A DNA stretch of 64,000 nucleotides. It comes from Vicugna vicugna (taxonomy: Eukaryota). Every line of letters begins with the position of its first letter. The first letter of the stretch is position 1. Shown here one piece after another: positions 25,301 to 37,300 of this stretch. A model generated the notes under the pieces. That model was given only the letters and a program-made list of their open reading frames with translations. It was not told the DNA's origin and did no database searches. The stretch covers positions 581,696 to 645,695 of the forward strand of contig MU058540.1 of the NCBI GenBank assembly GCA_013265495.1, read 5' to 3'. The position numbers and the translations under genes were made by a program.

Positions 25301-28300
25301 TCTGTTTCCCTCTTGGGTCTTATCCTCATAATCTCCGCTTCATTTAAACCTTTGACCTTCACCCTCCTTATCTGACTCATGTTGACCCTAATCTGACCCT
25401 AGCTTCTCTTTGACCCATGATATCAACTCTGTCCTCATCTTGACTCTTGACTTTGATTTTTCACCCTAGCCTCTCCCTGACCTCTTACTCTGACTGTCCT
25501 CAAGCCCACCCTGGTCCCTCACCTTGACCGACCTTGGTCTTGCTAAGTCCCAAGCCTCCCCTCACTCTTGATCCTGACCCCTTAGCCTTGCTTCCCCACT
25601 CCAGCCTCATCTCAACCCCTGACCCTTAGTCCTTTGCACATTTCCATATCCTGACCCACCTTGGACCTGGCCGCCTTGTGGTCCCAATCCTGAGCCGTGA
25701 CCCACCCCCACCCTCACCCCCATCTGAGCTCTGGCCCCAGACCTGGCCTCATCTTCCTCAGGTGGCCAGCCCAGCACCCTCTCCCCTCCTCTCCGCTTCC
25801 AGGGCGATGCCAAGATGATGGAGATTCTGCGCTACACACACCAGTTCCTGCAGAAGTTCTGCGCGGGGAACCCCGGCAACCAGGCCCTGTTGCACAAGCA
25901 CTTGCATCTCTTCCTAACGCCGGGGGTGAGGGCGTGGGGCTGGGGCACCTGAGTGGGGAGGGTAGGGTGGGGCCCGGACCGCCCTGTCTGATGGACACCC
26001 TGCCCGCCTGCAGCTGCTGGAGGCGGAGACCATGCAGCACATTTTCCTGAACAACTATCAGCTCTGCTCCGAGATCGGTGAGCCCGTGTTGCAGCACTTC
26101 GTGCACCTGCTGGCCACCCACGGGCGCCACGTGCAGTACCTGGACTTCCTGCACACCGTCATCAAGGCCGAGGGCAAGTACGTCAAGAAGTGCCAGGACA
26201 TGATTATGACTGAGGTGAGGGTGGGGCTGAGCGGCGCACAGGGAACTCGGGCGGCGGGGGGCCCGGACTTTGAGAAGTCAGACCGTGGGTCAGAAAAGGG
26301 ACCCTGAGGTGCTGGGCTGTGGAGGGGACATAGGGGAGGACTGAGGTCACAGAGGCAGGTGTAGTACAACTCAGGCGGCCTAACAGAACTCATGCGGGGC
26401 CCAGGGGGAGAACTTAGGTGCCTGGTAGAACTCAGATAAGGAGCCTGAAAGATCTCAAACACTCATTCCTTCATTTATCATTTACTGTCATTTATTTACA
26501 AATCATGAAGCACCTGCTGTGTGCTAAGGCCCATGCATCCCCGGGAGAAGTCAATCGAGTGCAAGCTCTGAGGGCAGGGGCAAAGGGTGTGGGACAGGGA
26601 CCACGTTCCTTGTGCTCATTGCTAGGGCCCCAGGGTCCGGCACACAGTAGGTACTCAGTAAACACGTGTTGCCTGAAGGCAAAAAATGAGGGGCTGAGTC
26701 TGAATCTGAACAGATGTGGTCTCTGTCCCGGAGTGTCTTACAGGATGGGGGGGTGGGCAGGGAGAGAAAGGAGCCAGCGCTAAGGTGAGATGAGGGAATG
26801 TAATTAATGAGAAGCCGTGTTGGAAGGGCTGTGCAGTGCTAATTATTACTTAATGTTACATTTCTGTGAATAACATAATCACTGACATGAGAGAGATACT
26901 GTGTGCTCCTCGAGGGTTTACATTACAGCTGTGGGAGCACAGGGGAGGGAAAGCCAGGAGGGGCTGGGATTACAATGGGCTTCCTGGAGGAGGCGCCTCT
27001 GAGACCGGCCCAAGTGGGGATCTTTCCTTAGGAGAGGAGGGGGACTTCCTGGGTGCTGGGCTGTGTCCCTGGTGGCAGAGGGCCTGAGACATTAGCCTAG
27101 GGCCCAAGGGCCAGGGAACCCCAAAGTCTCAGGAGAGGGTTTTCCTGAGTGTTGGATGAGGGCTGGGGTCAGAGTACCAGCCTCTCCCTGGGGAGGGCAG
27201 ATGGGTGGAGCTGGACTAAGGGGGGTCTGATGCGTGCCCCACCTCCCACCACCAGCTGACCAACGCAGGTGACGACGTGGTCGTGTTCTACAATGACAAG
27301 GCCTCACTGACTAACCTGCTGGACATGATGAAGGCCGCCCGGGATGGTGTGGAGGACCACAGCCCCCTCATGTACCACATCTCCCTGGTGGACCTGCTGG
27401 CCGCCTGTGCGGAGGGCAAGAATGTCTACACTGAGATCAAGTGCACATCCCTGCTGCCCCTGGAGGATGTGGTATCTGTGGTGACGCATGAAGACTGCAT
27501 CACTGAGGTGGGGCCTGTGTGGGGCCCCTGGGGACCGGGGAAGGTGGCTGGAGGGTAGGGGAAGCTGCAGGGGTGAGGGGATGGTCAAGCGGGCCAAGGC
27601 AGCCACTCAGCCCTGCACAGTGGGGCAGGAGGAGGGAGATGAGGAAAGTGGGGGAGGTGGACAGGGATTGGGAGGCGAGGGAGATGGTGGGGACATGGGT
27701 AGTGGAGCAGGGGGAAGGCCAGGAGGAATCGGTGAAGGGCAGAGAAGTGGAGAGCCTGGGTGGGCACTCTGCTCGTGCCCTTGACCTCCCGGCCCTGCCT
27801 GCCCAGGTGAAAATGGCCTACGTGAACTTTGTGAACCACTGCTATGTGGACACGGAGGTGGAGATGAAGGAGATCTACACCAGTAACCACATCTGGACAC
27901 TCTTTGAGAACTTCACCCTGGACATGGCTCGGGTCTGTCCCCAGGGGGCTGTGGACCTGCAGGCAGACTGGTGGGGTAGGGGGGTGGTGGCCTTCCCATG
28001 GGTAGAAGTGGAGGGCCCCCAGGTGTTGGACACCCCCAGGCATCTGTCTCTCCTAACCCAGGTCTGTAGTAAGCGGGAGAAGCGCCTGGCTGACCCCACC
28101 CTGGAGAAGTACGTGCTGACTGTCGTGCTGGATACCATCAGTGCCTTCTTCAGCTCCCCATTCTCTGAGAACAGCACCTCCCTGCAGGTGGGCTCCTGCT
28201 GCTAGTAGCTTTTGTGCAAGGAGGAGAAGGGAGGGAAATCAGAATATATATACACACATATATTCCTATTTGCTTGTAGTGCATAGAGGTATAGCAGAAA

Positions 28301-31300
28301 GATATACACGTGTATTAGTTATCAATACTGAGTAACAAATTACCCCCAAATCTAGTAGTTTAAAACAACAAACATTTATCCTCTCACAGTTTCTGTGGGT
28401 TAGTAAGTACAGTGGGAACCATGCCATAGATCAGGGCTTCCTAAATTCATTTGCTATAATGGGTCCCGGGGTGGAAGGGACCCTTGGCAGCTCCTACACA
28501 TCAGTGACAAGATGTGATGCTTACCGCAGTGGACAGCAGAGCGCAAGCAGTTATCAGGATAATCTGATGCACAGAATCTTTGATGTTGGCTAGTTGGTCA
28601 TGGTGTCCCTTGAACTGATGTAGGTAGACAGCCTTAAGTCTGCTCGTCTGTAGAAGCAGAAAAGCTCTAGGCTAGTGAACTGAAGTTTGCCTTGAATCAC
28701 TGAAAGAGTCACAGCCCCTCAGGAAGTCCCCAGATTCTCAAACTTGAGGCAGGTCATAGCCTCAGAGCCCCCTGAATGAAAGAGACTCAGGTTCCCTTGA
28801 GGAAGAGCCTGCTACCCCACCTAATTCATAAAGAAACATTGGAAGGACTCACAAGAGACCAACATAAGGGCTGCATGTAGGTAGAAGGACTGAGGATGGA
28901 GTGGTGCGTCTGAGAGTGGCTAAAAAACATTGGGTCCTGTTCTCCCAGCAAGGAGGATTTATTTTGACACACATGTGTTTGGGCCCTGAGGCCCCTTTGG
29001 AACTATGGGACTCTGGTGATTTGTATCAGTTTTCCCCACCTCTTACCAGCCCCAGGGCAGAGCATAGGAGAATGAGGGGGATGGAGTCAAGTTTTGGGAC
29101 AGGACTTCTCAAAGCATTCCTTCTTATAACCTTTATGGTTTTTGAACCATGTAAATATATCCCCTTTTTACAATATTAATTTATTTAACATTTTTAAAAG
29201 GAAGAAAAGGGTCAGCAATGGGCTATAAGCCCCAGGCCTGGACCTCGGGGTGTTCTCACAGGGCTGCCGTGTACAGTTGGGCAGGTTGTGCACTGCTGAG
29301 AGGCAAGGTGGGTGGTGCCTTTTTCCAAATGGAACAAAGGCACATGGTAGATCCTGAACCTCCACCCATGCGCATACTCAGCAGGCCCTGATCACTTGGC
29401 CTGGGGCTGTCCAGGGTGGAAGGTGGGCCAGGCTGTAGCAGCAGGTGTGTTGCCTCTTACAGACACACCAGACGATCGTGGTGCAGCTGCTGCAGTCCAC
29501 CACGCGGCTGCTTGAGTGTCCGTGGCTGCAGCAGCAGCACAAGGGCTCCGTGGAAGCCTGCATCCGGACCCTCGCCATGGTGGGTGAGTGTGCCAGGGGC
29601 ACTGGCCAGCTCCAACCACCCCTCCCCTCCCTTCGCCACAGGGATGCTGCCCTTCCAGTAAACACCTTATCCCTAGGCTCACCTGTCGTCTGTTCCTAGG
29701 TGGTTCTCAGTAAGTCCTTCTTGGTGTCTAACTAGCATCTTAGCAGTTGAGAGAAGCTATCTACTCTGAGTCAGTTCCCTAGAGGAGAGTGCTGGGTGAC
29801 ATCCCCCAGCCAGAGTTTCTTATGCTTGCAAATGGTCTCAGGCAGGAAGGAGGCCTGTAGATTGTTAGGGAGAGTTAGCTAAGGGGAGAGAGGTCGGGGA
29901 GGGGTCAGAGTGGAGCCAGGGTAGAATTATAGAGGCAGAAACTCCCTCTTCTTACCCAAAAAAGGGAAGAGGGCACCTCAGTCCAAGCGGGGGCCAGGGT
30001 GGTGGCTCCTGCACCCCAGGCCCTCGGTCGAGTTCATCCTGTCCCCCAGTGCGACAGCTCTGAACTTTGCCCCTCTGGCTGGCAGACCCCCCACCCCACA
30101 CCAGCCCTCCAGCACCCTGTCCCCTCTCCCCCCAGCCAAGGGCCGGGCTATCTTGCTGCCCATGGACCTGGATGCCCACATCAGCTCACTGCTCAGTAGT
30201 GGTGCCAGCTGTGTGGCTGCTGCCCAGCGGAACGCTTCCAGCTACAAGGCAGCCACGAGGGCCTTCCCCCGTGTCACTCCCACCGCCAACCAGTGGGACT
30301 ACAAGAACATCATCGAGAAGCTGCAGGTGGGTGTGGGGCGGCCTGGGAGCTGCTTTGGAAGGGCCTGTTCTTGGGGAGTGTCCCTTCTGTGCTGCCCACT
30401 CTTGCCAGGAAGGGGCTAGTTGGCTTGTCTCCTCCTGGGGGCTGCTAGGGGCAGGGGACTGAGGGGCCCCATTCCAGGGTTGGTGCTCATGAAGGGTGTC
30501 AGGACTCCCCTCACCACGGACAGCACCTTCCTGTTTCTGAAACACACTTCTGTCCACTGTTTTGTTCGCCTGTAGAGGGGGTGTGGTGGGTTATGATCCC
30601 CGTGTGGTTGGATATCAAAGCCCAGAGAGGGCAAGGGGTTTGCCCAAGGTCACACAGAGCTAGAGGAGAGGCTGGGAAAAGAGCCAAGTGTGTGGCTCCC
30701 AGACAGGGGCTCTGAGCAGATAGATGTCATATGCTCTGTTCATGGCGGCTCTGTGGGCCCTGGCTCCCTCAGATGGTGGGGTACAGGCCAATCCGTGGGA
30801 CCCTTTGGTGTTGGGGATTGGGGAATGGTGGTCACGTGTGGTCATCTCTTGGGTGGGGGTGGCCCGGCCCACCCCTGCCCACCCCTGCCTACCTCTGCCC
30901 ACCCCAGGACATCATCACTGCCCTGGAGGAACGGCTGAAGCCCCTGGTGCAGGCCGAGCTGTCCGTACTGGTGGATGTCCTACACTGGCCCGAGCTGCTC
31001 TTCCTGGAGGGCAGTGAGGCCTACCAGCGGTGTGAGAGTGGGGGCTTCCTGTCCAAGTGAGTGGGATGCTGGGCTGGGCGTTGGGGTGGGCAGTGGTGCA
31101 GTGGCCCAGGACAGGGAAGGGCCTGGTGGTAACCAGACAGCCCTTAGGGTCAGAGGGCTGGGGTTGGGGACAGTGGCTGGAGGGAGGCTGTAGGGGCTGC
31201 CCTGAGCATGTCCTCCTTCTCTGCCGGCCAGGCTGATCCAACACACCAAGGACCTCATGGAGTCGGAGGAGAAGCTCTGCGTCAAGGTGCTCAGGACGCT

Positions 31301-34300
31301 GCAGCAGATGCTGCTCAAGAAGACCAAGTACGGGGACCGGGTGAGTGCTGGGCGGGGCTGGAAGGCGGGCAGGCCCAGCCATGAGCTCCAGGGGCTCAGG
31401 GCCAGGACTGCTGGCTGAGGGTTCAACGGGGAAGCATGCTACTGTGGGCCTCGCTCCCCTCCCCGCAGGGCAACCAGCTGCGCAAGATGCTGCTACAAAA
31501 CTACCTCCAGAACCGGAAGTCCAGCTCTCGGGGGGACCTTCCCGACCCCATGGGCACTGGTCAGTACCGCATTTCCCCTGCCGTGCCCCGGGCAGCCTGA
31601 TTGCCCTGGGCCCTCCCTTCCCACTCCTTGCCACTCCCTGCCACTCTGTCATCAGCTCCCCCTTAAGTGAGTTCGCCACTCCAGGCCTGGACCAAGACTG
31701 GTCAGCAATTGCGGCTACCCAGTGCCGGCTGGACAAGGAGGGGGCTACCAAGCTGGTGTGCGACCTCATCACCAGCACCAAGAATGAGAAGATCTTCCAA
31801 GAGAGCATTGGCCTGGCCATCCACCTGCTGGACGGTGGCAACACGGAGATTCAGGTGTGGAGTGGTGGGAGTGCTGAGGGGCTCACCTCCTGGGTGGGGC
31901 TTCCAACTCAGGATGGGGGACAGTGAGCCAGGCGCTGGGCTGCAGGGCTGGGTGCTGGTGGCCAGCAGAAGTCCAGCTACTCTGGGGCGGCTCTGCCTCC
32001 TGTATCTGCCCCCTGTGTCATGTGGCCCTTTTCTTTCCCTACACCCCCGCCCTGCTGCAGCCAGGCCTTAGCCTGTCTCCCACATTCTGCCCCCTCATTC
32101 TGTCAACCATTCTTGCCTCTCAGCCTCTCTTCGGGCCTCCTTCCCTCCTCTACCGCATCCTCCTCAGCCTTTGGTACCCAACTAAAGGCCTGCCTTCTCC
32201 AAAAGCCCTCTGATTCTCTCCTCTCCATTCATTCGTTCATTAACTCCATAAGTCTACATTGAGTGGCTTCTGTGTGCCCGGTAGTGCTCTAGGTGCTAAG
32301 GAGGCAGCAGTGAACAAGGGACAAAATGCATGGTTTCTTGGTACTTATATCCTAGTGGGGGCCATGGTCCCTAATCGTACTCCCTACATAATACAGAGAA
32401 TATACTGGACAGTGATAATTCAGGCAGGGGGCTTTGGGAGTGCTGGGGCAGGGCGGTATCTTGGAGTGATCGGGGAAGGCCCCTGAGAGGGAGACGTGAA
32501 TAAAAACTTGGAGGTGAGCATGTGGCAAAGTGGGGCAGAGCACCTGGGGCAGACAGAGCAGGCAGCAAAATGCTGTGAGGGGGAAGTGGCTGCTGTGGCT
32601 GGCAGGGCAGAGGTGGGGTGAGTAGTAGGTGCTGAGGTCAGAGGGGGCGGGCCCTCACGTGGCCTCATGGGCACTGTGAGGCCTGGCCTTCCTCTGGGGA
32701 AGATGGGGCCACTGCAGGGTTTTGAGCAGAGGAGAGACATGACTTAAATTTCAAAGGGATGTGTCTGGCTGCTGTGTGGGGAACAGATGTAAGGCCAGGG
32801 GCAGATGCAGAAGGTAGTGAGGAGGCTAGTATAGGCCTCCAGCTTCGCAGTTACAGACCCTTCCTCCTCCAGCACTGATGGTCCAGACCACCCCTCACGC
32901 CACCCTTAATTGCAGGGCACAGGGATGCCTCTGTTTCTCCCACCTCAGTCTGGTTTGGGCACATCTGGGGGCCCATCTGTGTCCCATCCTTGTCCCTGTA
33001 GTACAGGATGGAGCACCCAGGGGCTTCCCCAAGGGCTGCTGAGAGCCAGGCCCAATGCTGAGGCTGCCCCCATATCACGGTCTGCCCCCAGAAATCCTTC
33101 TACAACCTGATGACCAGCGACAAGAAGTCAGAGCGCTTCTTCAAGGTGCTGCATGACCGCATGAAGCGGGCTCAGCAGGAGACTAAGTCCACAGTGGCTG
33201 TCAACATGAATGACCTGGGTAGTCAGCCGCGTGAGGACCGGGAGCCGGCAGACCCCACAGCCAAAGGTCGGGGGTGCGGATGGGGGCATGGGTTACAAGG
33301 TGGGGGTGCCAAGTGGGGTCAGAGGGTACAAGGTGAAGGGGGGTCACGGGGCCCCAGGAATGAGGGCTTGGGGTATCAGGCAAGGTGTGTGGGCAGGGGA
33401 CAGGATAGGAACACAGGCCTTTCCCAGCCTCACTAGACCTTGTCCCACAGGCCGCGTGGCCTCCTTCTCAATGCCTGGCTCCTCATCCCGCTATTCGCTG
33501 GGCCCCAGCCTGCGTCGGGGGCACGAGGTGAGCGAACGCGTGCAGAGTAACGAGATGGGGACATCCGTGCTCATCATGCAACCCATCCTGCGCTTCCTGC
33601 AGCTGCTGTGTGAGAACCACAACCGGGACCTGCAGGTGAGCGGCCCCGCCCCTGCCGACCACAGTCGCGCCCACCTCGCCCTGCCTTGCCCCAACCCCAC
33701 TTTGGCCCCTGCTGGCCAGTGGCACGTCGATCCCCCAAGCCCTGCAGCCCACAGGATCGCTGTCCCCTAGCGGGCCCCTGCCCCCTCCCTGCTGCAGCCG
33801 CCCCCTCCTGTGCTCTGCAGAACTTCCTGCGCTGCCAGAACAACAAGACCAACTACAACCTGGTGTGTGAGACGCTGCAGTTCCTGGATATCATGTGCGG
33901 CAGCACCACGGGCGGCCTGGGGCTGCTGGGGCTCTACATCAACGAGGATAACGTGGGCCTCGTCATCCAGACCCTGGAGACCCTGACAGAGTACTGCCAG
34001 GGCCCCTGCCATGAGAACCAGGTGAGCTGTCAGGGCGGTACATGGCCACATGGACGTGTGGGAGGATGGAGGCCTCTGGAGCTGCCATGATTCTGAGGGG
34101 CCTGGGCCTGGTGCCCCCCACCCCTGCCTCCCGCCAGACCTGCATCGTCACACACGAGTCCAATGGCATAGACATCATCACTGCGCTGATTCTCAACGAC
34201 ATCAGTCCGTTGTGCAAGTATCGCATGGATCTGGTGCTGCAACTCAAGGTGGGGCCCGTGGCAGCCCGTGTGAGCGTGCATGGATGTTTGTGTGCTGTGT

Positions 34301-37300
34301 GTTGAGTGTGTGTGTGGTGCAGGCATGTGTGCAAGAGTGTGTGATGTGCGCAGGTGTTAATGTGCATGTTTACATGTGTGCACGAGTGCACCTGTGAGCA
34401 AACGTGCAGGATGTACACTTGCTCTAGAAGCACACGTGTTCTGAGTTTATCCGGGGGCCTCCTGTGTACGTGACTGCTATCTGGGGCATGAGTGTGTTGG
34501 CCACAGGGTCGGGGAAGGCGGCCTATGAGTGGGCTGGATATGCAGGACCCATCTCGGCCAGCCCCGGGGTCAGTGGGGAATGGGAGGGCCATGGGACTTG
34601 AGGGCCAAGGCTGTTTTGGAGTAGTCAGTGGAGTGGGTGATAGGGCCCCTTAGACTGTGGCCTGTCCCCTCAACTCAGGACAACGCCTCCAAGCTGCTCC
34701 TGGCACTTATGGAGAGCCGGCACGACAGTGAAAACGCTGAGCGCATCCTCATCAGCCTGCGGCCCCAGGAGCTGGTGAGACTGGGCTGGTGGTCAGGTGG
34801 AGAGGGTTAGGTGGGGAGGCGGACCGGGTCGGGTATGTGCGGATGGGGATTGGGGCCCAGCCCGCACTATGTCGCGGGAAGAAGGCATTCGAGCATGCAC
34901 TGCCCCGCCAGGTGGACGTCATCAAGAAGGCCTACCTGCAGGAGGAGGAGCGTGAGAACTCGGACGTGAGCCCACGTGAAGTGGGTCACAATATCTACAT
35001 CCTGGCGCTGCAGGTACTGGCCCCGCCCCGTGGCCCCGCCCCGGCAGTCATTCCCCCACCAGCGACCACGCCCCCCTGACTGCGCTGCCCTCACTCAGCT
35101 CTCCAGGCACAACAAACAGCTGCAGCACCTGCTGAAACCGGTGAAGCGCATCCAAGAGGAGGAGGCTGAGGGCATCTCTTCCATGGTGGGGGCCAGGAGG
35201 ACGGAGGATGGGGCTGGGGTGTGGGGCGTGGCTAAGGCTGAGAATGGGGCGGGGCTGGGCGGGAGATGGGATGGGATAGCATCTGGGTGAGGCTAGGAAT
35301 TGAGGGCTGGGCTATGACCCGAGGTGGGGCTGAGGGTGGAGCTGAGACCTCACAGCCTGGCTGGAATCTGGGATGAGGCTGGGGGCGGGTCCAGGAACTC
35401 AAGGAGGACCTGTGGCCCAAGGGCTTGGTTTGCACCTGAGTAAAAAGCCCGGTTAGACTTGGGGAGTGGGGCTCAGGACCGCTGGGAGACCGACTAGTGG
35501 CCAGGGATGTAACCGGGACCTAGGAGTGTGAGCAAGGTTGCTTTGTGGGTCTGGGGCAGGTCTGGAAGCCTGGAGCAGGAACTAGGGTGCCCCTGAGCAG
35601 GACTGTGCAGGGTGTTGACTGTCCTGTAGGACTGTCTCCCTCTTTGGGGTTGGGTTTTTGTTGGTCTGGGCTGGGCTAGATCTGATCAGAGTTGGACTCA
35701 GACCTGGCAGGTGGGGCTCAGATGGCAGGCCTAGTGGTGTGGGGCTGCTGGACCTGACCTCAGCATCCCCTCGCCCCCAGCTCAGCCTCAACAACAAGCA
35801 GCTGTCACAGATGCTCAAGTCCTCAGTGCCTGCACAGGAGGAGGAGGAGGATCCCCTGGCCTACTATGAGAACCACACGTCCCAGATCGAGGTGGGGCTA
35901 AGGGCACTTAACAGTGATGAGGGCTCTGGGCTTGGCCTTCGGTAGTCAAGGCTCAATGTGACTACGCACCTGTGTGCGTCCAGATCGTGCGGCAGGATCG
36001 CAGCATGGAGCAGATCGTGTTCCCGGTGCCCGGCATCTGCCAGTTCCTGACGGAGGAGACCAAGCACCGGCTCTTCACCACCACAGAGCAGGACGAGCAG
36101 GGCAGCAAAGTGAGCGACTTCTTCGACCAGTCCTCCTTCCTGCACAACGAGATGGAGTGGCAGCGCAAGCTCCGCAGTGAGGACCCCAGCACGCAGGCGG
36201 GCGGGGCTGGGAGCTGCTTGCGGATGGCCCTTGATGCCTCCTTCTCCTGCTGGTGGGGACCCCACCCCAAGGATGGCTCCGATCACATATACTTCCAGAA
36301 GTGGGACCTAGAGCTTGTGCTGGCAGTGGGGCCCCGAGTCAGGTGGGCAGACGGTATTAATCAGGGACCCGTCCCTTGCTCCCCCAGGCATGCCACTCAT
36401 CTACTGGTTCTCCCGCCGCATGACCCTGTGGGGCAGCATCTCCTTCAACCTGGCAGTTTTTATCAACATTATCATTGCTTTCTTCTACCCCTACATGGAG
36501 GGCGCGTCCACAGGTGAGGACACAGGGCTGGCAAGCAGGGGCCCTGAGCTCTCTGTGCCCACTCCTTCAGTTTGGGCAGAGCCTGGGGGTCAGCCAGGCT
36601 CTGGGGGAACAGATAGAGTGAGGAGAGGCACCCCCTGCACTGCTCTCTGGTTTCTGCACCCCATCATGGGGAGACACGGGCAGTCCAGTGGGGCAGACAG
36701 GGTCTTTGATCTCTGGAGACAGAGACCAGTTATGGTAGCAGCAGCTGGAGAGGGCCTCATACCTTAAGCCTAGAGATGCAGGTGTGATGGGCCAGGCCCT
36801 AAAGCCAGGTGACCAGGAATTTACAGGGAAAGCTTCCAGAAGGGGTGACTTCTGGGATCTGCAGGGGCCATGGGCTTGAGCAAGCCGCACTCACCCCTGC
36901 TCCCCGGCCCCTAGGTGTGCTGGGCTCCCCGCTCATCTCGCTGCTGTTCTGGATCCTCATCTGCTTCTCCATCGCGGCCCTGTTCACCAAGCGCTACAGC
37001 ATCCGCCCCCTCATCGTGGCGCTCATCCTGCGCTCCATCTACTACCTGGGCATTGGGCCCACACTCAACATTCTGGGTGCCCTCAATGTGAGTGTTGGAG
37101 GGACCCCCCTCCAAACCCTCACGCTCACCTGCAGTCGGACCTGAAGCTGGCCTGCTGTCTCACACTGGCCACTATGCTGCCCCATCCCCCTCATCCCTGT
37201 GTTGGGATCCCAAGCTCATTATAGACCCCAGGTGGGGACCACTCCATGGCTCCTCCATCCTCCTGGGCAACGAGGGGCAGCGGGCACTCAGGGCCAGCCA

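Noticed and set aside
30915..31844. 309-aa minus-strand ORF
   Set aside because: Antisense shadow of GC-rich ITPR3 exons 36-39; low-complexity, with no recognisable domain.
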